Source of the DNA: a virus
Virus record (IMG/VR): IMGVR_UViG_3300042806_000370
DNA: 38,011 bases
Strand: one strand, 5' to 3'
The translations under genes and the position numbers were made by a program. The notes beneath the pieces were generated by a model. The model worked only from the letters and a program-made list of their open reading frames with translations, made no database searches and had not been told where the DNA came from. Positions 25,599 to 33,558 of the stretch are shown here, one piece after another (within the stretch, counting starts at the first letter, position 1; the number at the start of each line of letters is the position of its first letter).

Positions 25599-26066
25599 AT
25601 GCACCCAGATCTCTCAAAACTTCTATACACCCGCTATCCCGATATCTTCGCAGACAAGGACGCACCGCCCACAGACTCTCTCATGGGATTTGGATTCGCC
25701 CACGGCGATGGTTGGTATTTCATTATCGACAATCTGTGCCGCTGCATTCAATCCCATGTGGAATGGAAGCGTAGGACTAATCCAGACTTTTATGTAAAGG
25801 CTGTTCAAGTCAAAGAAAAGTTTGGAACTCTTCGTTTTTATATTGATGGCGGCGATGAAGAAGTGTTTGGTATGATCAAGATGGCAGAGTGCATGAGCCG
25901 CAATGTCTGTGAGATTACAGGAGATATTGGCAGCAGCACAATTCCGCCTATGTGGGCTACTCGTTCTCCTGAGTGTCAGGAAAAACCCACAGAAGATCAA
26001 ATGAATCGTGTTTTGAATTTTGTGAACAAAATTGAAAGCGAAGATCCAAATCAATATGACATCTAA
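25599..26066 (+). CDS. Phage hypothetical protein, probably leaderless
   Basis: GDGW, QVKEKFGTLRFY and CEITG motifs; TTGACT/TATATT promoter at 25565-25592. Confidence 0.8.
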   Translation: MHPDLSKLLYTRYPDIFADKDAPPTDSLMGFGFAHGDGWYFIIDNLCRCIQSHVEWKRRTNPDFYVKAVQVKEKFGTLRFYIDGGDEEVFGMIKMAECMSRNVCEITGDIGSSTIPPMWATRSPECQEKPTEDQMNRVLNFVNKIESEDPNQYDI

Positions 26067-26478
26067 TACACTAGCCATGATCAATGCGTACCTTGATGGT
26101 GGAAGTGGCTCCACGATGGAGCAGATCATCATGAAGCAAGCCTACGGAGACATTGTTCGGCTTATTGCTGAACGGGATGAAGCCCGTCGTGATGTGTGCG
26201 ACATGATGCACATGACTGGATTCCTTGCTGGTGACTTTGCCCATTCAAAGGGATGGGATTGCTTCAAGGATGGAGACAAGCATCCTTGGTCAGATGATGT
26301 AGTAAATTTCAGAAACATTTACTATGCTTACTCCGACGAACTAACGGCCCAGCGTGATGCTGCATGGCTGAAGATCGGGCGCATTCAGAATGAAATTGAT
26401 TGCCGTGTTCAGCATGGTGCAGAAAGCAACGGACACCTAGAAGCTATTCTTGCCATGTTCAAGGAGGAGAGCAAGTGA
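26056..26478 (+). CDS. ERDEARR/GWDCFK family protein
   Basis: LIAERDEARRDVC...KGWDCFK. Confidence 0.75.
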   Translation: MTSNTLAMINAYLDGGSGSTMEQIIMKQAYGDIVRLIAERDEARRDVCDMMHMTGFLAGDFAHSKGWDCFKDGDKHPWSDDVVNFRNIYYAYSDELTAQRDAAWLKIGRIQNEIDCRVQHGAESNGHLEAILAMFKEESK

Positions 26479-26888
26479 GCGAGGACATCATTGAAACTCT
26501 GCGAAGGATTCAATGCAGCGATGCTGCGTGTGGTAATCTTAAAATCGCAATGGGAGTGAAACTGGCGATCTATGAAATTGAGCGTCTACGCTCCGAGCGT
26601 AACGAAATGCAGAGCGAACTACGGAAGGCTGAAACTGAATCCTCCATGCTCCGTGTTGAGTGTGGGGTTCTTGAGAAAAATGCTGAGATGACATATGAGA
26701 ACCACAAGCGGATCGTGAAGGAACTCACCGCCGAGCGCGACGAGGCGCGGCGTTCTTGCTGTGAGTTCGCAGCGATGGTTGATTCAGCCGATACCGTTGT
26801 GATGTATGTGGACAGCAATCGTTTCCATGAGATCGCCATGAGGTACATGAAATCCCGTGGCTGGGACTGCTTCAAAGATAACGCTTGA
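26475..26888 (+). CDS. ERDEARR/GWDCFK family protein
   Basis: GTG start in GTGA overlap with AGGAGG SD. Confidence 0.8.
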   Translation: MSEDIIETLRRIQCSDAACGNLKIAMGVKLAIYEIERLRSERNEMQSELRKAETESSMLRVECGVLEKNAEMTYENHKRIVKELTAERDEARRSCCEFAAMVDSADTVVMYVDSNRFHEIAMRYMKSRGWDCFKDNA

Positions 26889-26913
26889 CAACACCAATAG
26901 ACTGTGCTATACT
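26885..26913 (+). promoter_or_regulatory. sigma70 promoter
   Basis: TTGACA-N17-TATACT with TG extension. Confidence 0.8.
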
Positions 26914-26979
26914 ATACCAACAAGGAGACACGGAGCGTTTCTGTGTCCAATAAAGAAGTTTACAACAAGGAGAACAACA

Positions 26980-27261
26980 ATGACTAAGACTGCAACAAAG
27001 AACAAGACCAACAAGACCGTTACCACCAGTGCATCTGACCTCTACGACATCGCAAAGACGATGGAGGGTCTGTTTGCAAAGATTACTAAACTCAACAACA
27101 ATGTCTCGTCACGCTCCATCAGCGGTCGTGATATTGAGAAGGCATGTGATGACATCTCAGAGGAGATGGGTGAGGCGTTTGACACTCTGAAGACCATTCT
27201 CATTCAGAATGAAGTTGTCAGCGGACCTTCCTACCCCCTCACTCTGCCCAAGAAGGTTTGA
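26980..27261 (+). CDS. Hypothetical protein (MTKTATK..., 93 aa)
   Basis: AAGGAG SD. Confidence 0.75.
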   Translation: MTKTATKNKTNKTVTTSASDLYDIAKTMEGLFAKITKLNNNVSSRSISGRDIEKACDDISEEMGEAFDTLKTILIQNEVVSGPSYPLTLPKKV

Positions 27262-27278
27262 CAAAAAGGAACACAACA

Positions 27279-27371
27279 ATGACTAAGACCAAGAAGAAGA
27301 CCAAGCGCCTCGCAGGAATCGGACTAAGCGTGCTGTTTCCAAGACGCCCGAAGAAGGAGGACGGCAAGTGA
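27279..27371 (+). CDS. 30-aa basic leader ORF MTKTKKK...KKEDGK (not in track)
   Basis: AAAGGA SD; same termini as the 28818 gene; GTGA-coupled to next gene. Confidence 0.6.
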   Translation: MTKTKKKTKRLAGIGLSVLFPRRPKKEDGK

Positions 27372-27598
27372 AAGACACAGACATCATTGCGGCGATTGCG
27401 CCCGATGCGGTATCGCTGATGGACAAGGCAATCGCGGAGATCAAGCGACTGCGGCAGGAGAACGCAACCCTCACCGCCGAGCGCGACGAGGCGAGGCGGG
27501 AAGTCCTGCTGTGGGTGAAGGAGCGATGTTCGTGGGCTGAACTGTCTGACGAGATCAAGAAGCGCGGGTGGGAATACTTGAAGGAGGACGGCAAGTGA
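27368..27598 (+). CDS. ERDEARR family protein
   Basis: LTAERDEARREV...RGWEYLKEDGK. Confidence 0.8.
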   Translation: MKDTDIIAAIAPDAVSLMDKAIAEIKRLRQENATLTAERDEARREVLLWVKERCSWAELSDEIKKRGWEYLKEDGK

Positions 27599-27933
27599 AA
27601 GACACTCAAACACCACGCACCGACGCAGCAGAAACAAACTGGTGGAGTGAGGACGGTCTGCGGTCGGCGTTCATTGTTCGTGCAGAGTTTGCCCGTGAAC
27701 TGGAGCGCGAGAACACAACCCTCACCGCCGAGCGCGACGAGGCGAGGCGGCTCTTGAAGGCTGTCGTAGACATGATGCGGGACAACATGGCTCCAGATGC
27801 CACGCATCCGAAGCATGTGTGCGACTTCATTTACTGCCCCGAAATCGCTACATGCATGGTGTGCGAGAACTGGACGCATGCAATAATGATGTGCTACCCC
27901 GATGATTTTCAGGACGAGGAGGACAGCCAGTGA
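27595..27933 (+). CDS. ERDEARR family protein with Cys-rich C-terminus
   Basis: GTGA overlap; TPRTDA...FARELERE; CMVC. Confidence 0.8.
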   Translation: MKDTQTPRTDAAETNWWSEDGLRSAFIVRAEFARELERENTTLTAERDEARRLLKAVVDMMRDNMAPDATHPKHVCDFIYCPEIATCMVCENWTHAIMMCYPDDFQDEEDSQ

Positions 27934-28169
27934 GCGACCAAGATCTTAACGACTTGCTGAAGGAGTTTGACAACCCGCATCATTGCTACCAGCAGAGTTT
28001 GGTTGATGCCATCCGCCTGTTGGTCAAGGAGCGTGATGAGTTACGCTGCGAGGTTTGTGATTGGGTGGGCAACCACTTCAAGGAGCCACCGCAGGATGTA
28101 GCAAAGAGAAACGGCTGGGACTGCTTTGATACGGGTGTTTGGGATTGCTACAAGGAGAAAAGCAAGTGA
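27930..28169 (+). CDS. ERDEARR/GWDCFK family protein
   Basis: ERDELRCEVC...GWDCFDTGVWDCYKE. Confidence 0.75.
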   Translation: MSDQDLNDLLKEFDNPHHCYQQSLVDAIRLLVKERDELRCEVCDWVGNHFKEPPQDVAKRNGWDCFDTGVWDCYKEKSK

Positions 28170-28540
28170 CCCCACACAATCTCAACATCTTGCTTGGACT
28201 TTCCACAGTCGGATTCGTCGTGGTGTCCCTGCTCTACATGATTCACTTGCATGACACCAAGTGGAAACTCTTGAGCAAGGACAACAAGATTCGTCACCTT
28301 GAATCCGAGTTGCGCCACTACAGCAGTCTCTACTTTTCGGGATGCGCTTGCAAGAAGAACCACGCACACACCGAGGAAGCGGATAGTAGTAAGCCCAATG
28401 AGAAGCCCAGCAGCGGATGGTTCTCGTCCCTATTGAAGATGGGTGTCTTGGCGGCGATTGCCTACCTTGCCTACTTCCTGTACAAGAAGTACAAGCAGCG
28501 GTCAAAACCCATTCCAGTCACAGCAGAAGTCATCAACTGA
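28166..28540 (+). CDS. Membrane protein, two TM segments
   Basis: GTGA overlap; hydrophobic stretches near both termini. Confidence 0.7.
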   Translation: MTPHNLNILLGLSTVGFVVVSLLYMIHLHDTKWKLLSKDNKIRHLESELRHYSSLYFSGCACKKNHAHTEEADSSKPNEKPSSGWFSSLLKMGVLAAIAYLAYFLYKKYKQRSKPIPVTAEVIN

Positions 28541-28560
28541 AACACAGAAAGGAGAAAGCC

Positions 28561-28662
28561 ATGAATAACTTTTGGAAGTACATCAAAACCGCAGCCATCG
28601 TCATGGGAGTGTCCGTGATGGCATACTACGGCTACAAAAAGATTCGCAAGATGTTTGCCTGA
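28561..28662 (+). CDS. 33-aa single-TM peptide
   Basis: AAAGGAG SD; MNNFWKYIKTAAIVMGVSVMAYYGYKKIRKMFA. Confidence 0.65.
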   Translation: MNNFWKYIKTAAIVMGVSVMAYYGYKKIRKMFA

Positions 28663-28695
28663 CAGCACAGACCGTTCACGAAAACAAGAAGCCGA

Positions 28696-28761
28696 GTCCG
28701 ATAACCGTCAACCAAATACTTAAAAATAGGGGTTGACACAAACCAAAAGATCGTGTATCTT
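28696..28761 (+). promoter_or_regulatory. sigma70 promoter with upstream GTCCGATAAC box
   Basis: Box at 28696, TTGACA 28733-28738, TATCTT 28756-28761. Confidence 0.7.
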
Positions 28762-28817
28762 TCTGTTGTGGAGATGGTCTCCACTCTTCCCTCCCCCTGA
28801 ACTAGGAGAACCCCCCA

Positions 28818-29114
28818 ATGACCAAGACCAAGAAGAAGATCAAGAAGAAGATCAAGCGCACCACCAATACGAGCCGTAAGATTGCCCGACTGACTGCCGA
28901 GCGTAATGAGGCACGGCAGGAGATTGCCCAACTGACCGCAGAACTCAATACGATGCGGAAGGAGAACTTTCGGCTTTGGACTCACTTGGAGGAGGCAACA
29001 AGCGACCGCGACACCAACAATGAGGCATATGAGGCGAGAACGGAGCAGGTGAATAGGCTGAAGCGGGCGTTGGATGAAGCCCGTGCAGCCATCAAGAAGG
29101 AGGATGGCAAGTGA
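28818..29114 (+). CDS. Basic coiled-coil ERNEARQ family protein
   Basis: AGGAG SD; MTKTKKK...KKEDGK. Confidence 0.8.
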   Translation: MTKTKKKIKKKIKRTTNTSRKIARLTAERNEARQEIAQLTAELNTMRKENFRLWTHLEEATSDRDTNNEAYEARTEQVNRLKRALDEARAAIKKEDGK

Positions 29115-29386
29115 GCGAAGAAGAGCGCGAATACCTGAACGAAATGATTCGGAGTCTCAACAATCAACTGGTTGATGCGTTGCGGGAGCGCGACGAGGCG
29201 AGGAGATATTCTTGCGATCTAGAAGCACGAATCACCATGCTTGAGGAGGATCGTCGTGATACATCAAATAACTTTGGCACGAATCCGTGCTCAGAGATTA
29301 TTCTGCCAGACTATCCTCTTGCAAGAGATCCTAAAGAGATCGCAAAGCGAAAGGGTTGGGATTGCTACAAGGAGGAAACTAAGTGA
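29111..29386 (+). CDS. ERDEARR/GWDCYK family protein
   Basis: Motifs present; GTGA overlap. Confidence 0.8.
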   Translation: MSEEEREYLNEMIRSLNNQLVDALRERDEARRYSCDLEARITMLEEDRRDTSNNFGTNPCSEIILPDYPLARDPKEIAKRKGWDCYKEETK

Positions 29387-29610
29387 ACGAACACGATGCC
29401 ATCGCAAGGATCAAGCGACTGTCTCACAGCATCAACTGTGCAGATGAGATCGCAGAAGTGATTGAGCGGCTAATCAATGAGCGCGACGAGGCAAGGCAGC
29501 AAGTGAGAGACATTATTCAACGCAATGAAGCACAAATGCTGTCCATTATTCAGGAAGGCAACGGAGTAGCGAGGGTGCTGGACTGCTTCAAGCAGGAGGA
29601 CGGCAAGTGA
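29383..29610 (+). CDS. ERDEARQ/DCFK family protein
   Basis: Motifs present; GTGA overlap. Confidence 0.8.
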   Translation: MNEHDAIARIKRLSHSINCADEIAEVIERLINERDEARQQVRDIIQRNEAQMLSIIQEGNGVARVLDCFKQEDGK

Positions 29611-29900
29611 GCGCACCCCTAACTGCACACATGAGCAACTTCGACCCCATTCCCCGGCTTCAGCAGATCGCTGCAACTATTGAGGATGGAGGACACCTTG
29701 ACTCCCCAGCCACCGCAGCGCACTATATCAACTGCGCGATCAAGGAGATTGAGCAACTTCGCAAGGAGCGCGACGAGGCGAGGCGGATGTGTTGTGAGCA
29801 AGCCGCTATGGACGAGAGCGGATATGTGAAGCATGGAGACATGCTGCACTTCACAGAGTCTCGCGGATGGGACTGCTTCAATCAGGAGGACGGCAAGTGA
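29607..29900 (+). CDS. ERDEARR/GWDCF family protein
   Basis: Motifs present; GTGA overlap. Confidence 0.8.
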   Translation: MSAPLTAHMSNFDPIPRLQQIAATIEDGGHLDSPATAAHYINCAIKEIEQLRKERDEARRMCCEQAAMDESGYVKHGDMLHFTESRGWDCFNQEDGK

Positions 29901-30190
29901 GTAATCAACAATTTCCAGTAGTAGAAAGCTCCCCAATTCTTGTTGATCTGCTTAATCAGATTAGACGAATGGAAAATGAAAGAGTTGATCTACTTCAAGT
30001 TATTGCTTCTCTTCGTGCTGAAAGGGATGAGGCACGGCGAGAAGTGTGTATGTGGCAGTCTATCTCACCACAGCATGACATGAATGGAATATTTGACATT
30101 GCCGATCAACGGGGATGGGATTGTTACAAGAAACAAAACGAAGCACTAGATCGCATTGCACAATTCGATCAGGAGAATGGACTGCTATGA
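29897..30190 (+). CDS. ERDEARR/GWDCYK family protein
   Basis: Motifs present; GTGA overlap. Confidence 0.8.
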   Translation: MSNQQFPVVESSPILVDLLNQIRRMENERVDLLQVIASLRAERDEARREVCMWQSISPQHDMNGIFDIADQRGWDCYKKQNEALDRIAQFDQENGLL

Positions 30191-30420
30191 AAAAGACTGT
30201 AATGTTTATTGATCCCCCTACTGGGTGGCGATACGGCTTTCCAAAGCCTGCTCCAAAGAACATTCGGGATATGACTCAAGAACAACTACATGAATGGTTT
30301 GTGGCTAACGGCTATCCCCAGAAAGAACTGGATATCTGGAAGAACAGTGAAAATGGAATGCCGTGTGGAATGTTTGAGAGTGAAGTAGGAGATGATGAAA
30401 ATGGACAAGAAAACGCTTGA
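30187..30420 (+). CDS. Phage hypothetical protein (DPPTGWRYGFPK)
   Basis: ATGA overlap; motif recalled from small phage proteins. Confidence 0.75.
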   Translation: MKKTVMFIDPPTGWRYGFPKPAPKNIRDMTQEQLHEWFVANGYPQKELDIWKNSENGMPCGMFESEVGDDENGQENA

Positions 30421-30589
30421 CAGGCTTGAGGAGCTGTTCTATAATTATGGAGAGACATCTAAACACATCGGTCGTGTGGAGACTGATGGTAAGGCTGAAC
30501 ACATGAAAAAGTATGAAAAACTCTGCAAAGAGCGTGATTTTGTGGTCAGCGAGTTTAGAAACTTCGTCAAGCAGTTTAAGGCTGCTTGA
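30401..30589 (+). CDS. Hypothetical protein (62 aa)
   Basis: AGGAG SD. Confidence 0.65.
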   Translation: MDKKTLDRLEELFYNYGETSKHIGRVETDGKAEHMKKYEKLCKERDFVVSEFRNFVKQFKAA

Positions 30590-30595
30590 TGATTT

Positions 30596-30866
30596 GGGAA
30601 TGTGGCGGAATTGGCATACGCAGCAGACTTTGAAAAACTGAGCACTAATGTAGGAATATGTTAGTGAATCCAATCAAATTCGGTGAAAGGTTAAATCCCC
30701 CAACGCCGAGCCAAGCGCAGAGATGCGAAGGTGTAGAGACTAGACGGTTGGCATCCAGAACGGATGAAGGCATAGTCCAGACCACGAACCGCAAGGGCGG
30801 CGAAAGCCGAAGTGGTATGAAAATCTGCGGTCTTACGACATGTGGGTTCGACTCCCACCATTCTCA
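30596..30866 (+). tRNA. trnL: tRNA-Leu(UAA), exons 30596-30630 and 30820-30866, no encoded CCA
   Basis: Acceptor GGGAATG/CATTCTC, Leu-type D loop GGCGGAATTGGCATACGC, spliced GCAGA-CTTAAAA-TCTGC, long variable arm. Confidence 0.9.
30631..30819 (+). ncRNA. ORF-less group I intron (IC3-like), 189 nt, at 34/35 (U^AA)
   Basis: Same P/Q/R/S core as the tRNA-Lys intron; IGS GAG; terminal G. Confidence 0.9.
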
Positions 30867-30906
30867 TTCAGAAAGGCAATCGCATATATAGTAGTAGAGG
30901 TGCGAA

Positions 30907-31368
30907 ATGCCAATTAAACAATACGGTAGAATATCTAAATTAGGTAAAGACAAATTACAAGAAATGGCTAATAAATGCAATAATATTGCTGGCTTATTAG
31001 TCCAATTAGGATATAAGAAAAATGCGGGTGGCACTTTTTCTGTTGTAAAAAAGTATCTCCAACTGTATAATATAAACACAAAGCATTGGACTGGTCAGGG
31101 TTGGAGTAAAGATAAACAGCTCAAAGATTGGTCACAATATTCTGGTCATCAAAGCATCAAGAAACATTTAATCAAAGAAAGAAATCATAAATGCGAAATG
31201 TGTTCTCTTGATAAATGGCGGGAAGAATCAATACCTTTAGAGATTCACCATAAAGACGGAAATAGAACAAATAACAGTTTAGATAATTTACAAATACTTT
31301 GTCCAAATTGTCATGCCCTTACCGATTCGTGGAAGGGTAGAAACATAAAGAAAAAAGAAAAGGTTTGA
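30907..31368 (+). CDS. HNH endonuclease (free-standing, putative homing)
   Basis: CEMC...LEIHHKDGNRTNNSLDNLQILCPNCH. Confidence 0.9.
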   Translation: MPIKQYGRISKLGKDKLQEMANKCNNIAGLLVQLGYKKNAGGTFSVVKKYLQLYNINTKHWTGQGWSKDKQLKDWSQYSGHQSIKKHLIKERNHKCEMCSLDKWREESIPLEIHHKDGNRTNNSLDNLQILCPNCHALTDSWKGRNIKKKEKV

Positions 31369-31370
31369 AA

Positions 31371-31532
31371 ATGGAACATAATCACATTCGCTCGTCAATG
31401 ATCGAACGCACTACTATGGAAGAATTCTTCGTTACTCTGTATGACGAAGATGGTAACCAGGTTGCTGTTTATTACTTCACCAACTACAAGGATGCCGAAA
31501 ATTGTGTCAAAAAGTGGTACGAACACGATTGA
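31371..31532 (+). CDS. Hypothetical 53-aa protein (not in track)
   Basis: AAAGG SD; MEHNHIRSS...KKWYEHD. Confidence 0.55.
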   Translation: MEHNHIRSSMIERTTMEEFFVTLYDEDGNQVAVYYFTNYKDAENCVKKWYEHD

Positions 31533-31556
31533 CAAAGCAAAAAAATTCGGTATACT
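31529..31556 (+). promoter_or_regulatory. sigma70 promoter
   Basis: TTGACA-N16-TATACT. Confidence 0.75.
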
Positions 31557-31565
31557 GAAAAGCGT

Positions 31566-31621
31566 AGGGCATGAGGTTGATTCAGGAACAGCCTCAAAAC
31601 CCTTTCAACAAGTTTCCTGAA
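31566..31621 (+). promoter_or_regulatory. Predicted H-type pseudoknot in 5' UTR
   Basis: Stem TGAGGTTG/CAGCCTCA; loop TTCAGGAA complementary to downstream TTCCTGAA. Confidence 0.65.
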
Positions 31622-31638
31622 GATAAGGTTTGAATCGT

Positions 31639-31851
31639 ATGTCAACTACTATGACCAAGAAGGATCGCGTTCTGAACTACATGCGCCGTGGCAACGGACT
31701 CACCGTCAACGAGGCTCGTTCTCGTTTCGGTATCGGCAACTTCCGTGCGCTCATGAGCGATGTTCGTCAGGAACGCATTGGCCGCGTGGTGACTGAAGAG
31801 ACTCGTAGCGGTAGCAACCGTTACTTCCTTCGTCCGATGCGTGGTAATTGA
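31639..31851 (+). CDS. Small winged helix-turn-helix DNA-binding protein
   Basis: KKDRVLNYM..GLTVNEARSRFGI.N.RA.MSD.R pattern. Confidence 0.7.
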   Translation: MSTTMTKKDRVLNYMRRGNGLTVNEARSRFGIGNFRALMSDVRQERIGRVVTEETRSGSNRYFLRPMRGN

Positions 31852-31926
31852 AAAGCAAAATGCTTTTTATATTATAGTGTTCTTGTTTGCGGCAGCTGAA
31901 GCAATTCAAACGGCGAACACGAACCA

Positions 31927-31965
31927 CCCCTTTTGATCTCTAACGGGGTCAAGAGGGTTTTTTTT
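31927..31965 (+). terminator. Rho-independent terminator
   Basis: CCCTTTTGATCTC-TAAC-GGGGTCAAGAGGG plus T tract. Confidence 0.75.
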
Positions 31966-31979
31966 AAAAGGAGATTTGA

Positions 31980-32228
31980 ATGCGTAGAAGTAAAGTATTA
32001 TTGTCCTCAATGATTGAACGGTTTTTGGTTATTGAACCTATAGCACAAAATTATAGATTGATGCAAGCAGTCCATAATAACATTTTGATGTATGCTGAAT
32101 CTAATAACCTTTTAATCTTTAATGAAGAAGCAAATGCTATGAATAAGCACATGAACATGGCAAAGATAAATGTTTTTATTAAGCCATTTGAAAAGTTTGA
32201 TCATGATGACAATTACGAAAATTTTTGA
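31980..32228 (+). CDS. Hypothetical protein (82 aa)
   Basis: AAGGAG SD. Confidence 0.55.
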   Translation: MRRSKVLLSSMIERFLVIEPIAQNYRLMQAVHNNILMYAESNNLLIFNEEANAMNKHMNMAKINVFIKPFEKFDHDDNYENF

Positions 32229-32236
32229 TCGGTGAC

Positions 32237-32265
32237 TTGACTATCGAAATTTTATGTGGTATACT
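32237..32265 (+). promoter_or_regulatory. sigma70 promoter
   Basis: TTGACT-N17-TATACT with TG extension. Confidence 0.8.
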
Positions 32266-32294
32266 AGATGACCTAACCGAAAGGAACTTACACA

Positions 32295-33212
32295 ATGACT
32301 CTCGTTAATCTCGTCCGTGAAATGTCTAATGGTGAACGCAACACTCTTATCCCATCTCAGATTGCTGAGTATGTCAAGTGGGGTAACTTTGATACGATCT
32401 CCAAGATCCTCAAGAGCGGTCACTTCACCGTGACCTACATCACTGGTCTGTCTGGTAACGGCAAGACCACGATGGTTGAACAGGTCTGTGCCAATCTCAA
32501 GCGTGAATGCATTCGTGTGAACATCACTGCTGAGACTGACGAAGACGATCTTCTTGGTGGTATGCGTCTGATTGATGGCAACACTCAGTTCGTCTATGGC
32601 CCGGTCATCGAAGCCATGCGTCGTGGCTCAGTGCTGCTGCTCGATGAAGTCGATCTTGGTAGCGACAAGCTTATGTGCCTTCAGCCAGTGCTTGAAGGTA
32701 AGGGTATCTACCTGAAGAAGATCAATGAGTTCATTCAGCCTGCCAAGGGCTTTGCAGTTGTCGCTACTGCCAACACCAAGGGTCGTGGTGGTGATCATTC
32801 GGATCGGTTCGTCGGAACCAAGATTTTGAATGAAGCGTTCCTTGATCGCTACAACTTCACCATTGAACAGGAATACCCTCCTCGCGCAACCGAAGAGCGT
32901 ATTGTCAAGAAGTACATGGAGTCGATGAATGTTCAGGATGAAGGGTTTGCCGATAAGTTGGTTCGTTGGGCAGACATCATTCGCAAGTCATTCTATGAGG
33001 GTGCAGTTGATGATGTCATCAGCACTCGTCGGTTGATCGATATCGTCAAGGGGTATTCGATCTTTGGAAACAAGGAAGTTGCCATCAAGCTTGCACTCGC
33101 ACGGTTTGATGTGTCGGTTGCTGAAGGGTTCTACACGCTCTACAGCAAGTTGGATGATAACATGGTGCAGGATGGTCCTGCACAGAATCAGAATCAAAAT
33201 GAAAAGGAGTAA
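32295..33212 (+). CDS. MoxR/CobS-like AAA+ ATPase (phage type)
   Basis: Walker A GLSGNGKT, Walker B LLLDEVD, ATANTKG, LNEAFLDR, ISTRRL. Confidence 0.9.
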   Translation: MTLVNLVREMSNGERNTLIPSQIAEYVKWGNFDTISKILKSGHFTVTYITGLSGNGKTTMVEQVCANLKRECIRVNITAETDEDDLLGGMRLIDGNTQFVYGPVIEAMRRGSVLLLDEVDLGSDKLMCLQPVLEGKGIYLKKINEFIQPAKGFAVVATANTKGRGGDHSDRFVGTKILNEAFLDRYNFTIEQEYPPRATEERIVKKYMESMNVQDEGFADKLVRWADIIRKSFYEGAVDDVISTRRLIDIVKGYSIFGNKEVAIKLALARFDVSVAEGFYTLYSKLDDNMVQDGPAQNQNQNEKE

Positions 33213-33216
33213 TGCA

Positions 33217-33450
33217 ATGAAGAATATTCAATCTAAGTTTTGTCAGTGGCTCGTAGAAGAAGGACATACCAATCCTGCTGAGGTCAATTTCGGTCGGGCT
33301 TACCTCAAGTCCGTGGCCATCAAGCATGGTATGAAGTCTGCTCCGGGATGGATTGTTAATGATACTAACCGTATCGTTAGCCGAGGAGTATATTCAGTTC
33401 CTGAACTCGCCACCTATCTCGCTAGCATGAATCAGACTGCGAATGCCTGA
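33217..33450 (+). CDS. Small putative DNA-binding protein (77 aa)
   Basis: AAGGAG SD; PGWIV...SRGVYSVP. Confidence 0.65.
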   Translation: MKNIQSKFCQWLVEEGHTNPAEVNFGRAYLKSVAIKHGMKSAPGWIVNDTNRIVSRGVYSVPELATYLASMNQTANA

Positions 33451-33476
33451 TTCTGGTCGCTGCGAGTGACAGACGA

Positions 33477-33505
33477 CCCTCCCTTCGGGGAGGGTTTTTT
33501 TTTTT
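33477..33505 (+). terminator. Rho-independent terminator
   Basis: CCCTCCC-TTCG-GGGAGGG plus long T tract. Confidence 0.9.
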
Positions 33506-33558
33506 AGAAATCTTGCTTTTGGTTGCATATCGACATTTTTCTATGGTATACTGGTACT

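Noticed and set aside
26056-30190. Diversity-generating retroelement target array
   Set aside because: No reverse transcriptase in the window and no adenine-specific TR/VR pair.
24963-30891. Track ORFs 24963-25367 (-) and 30658-30891 (+) as intron-encoded proteins
   Set aside because: They overlap ribozyme core and tRNA exons and have no nuclease motifs.
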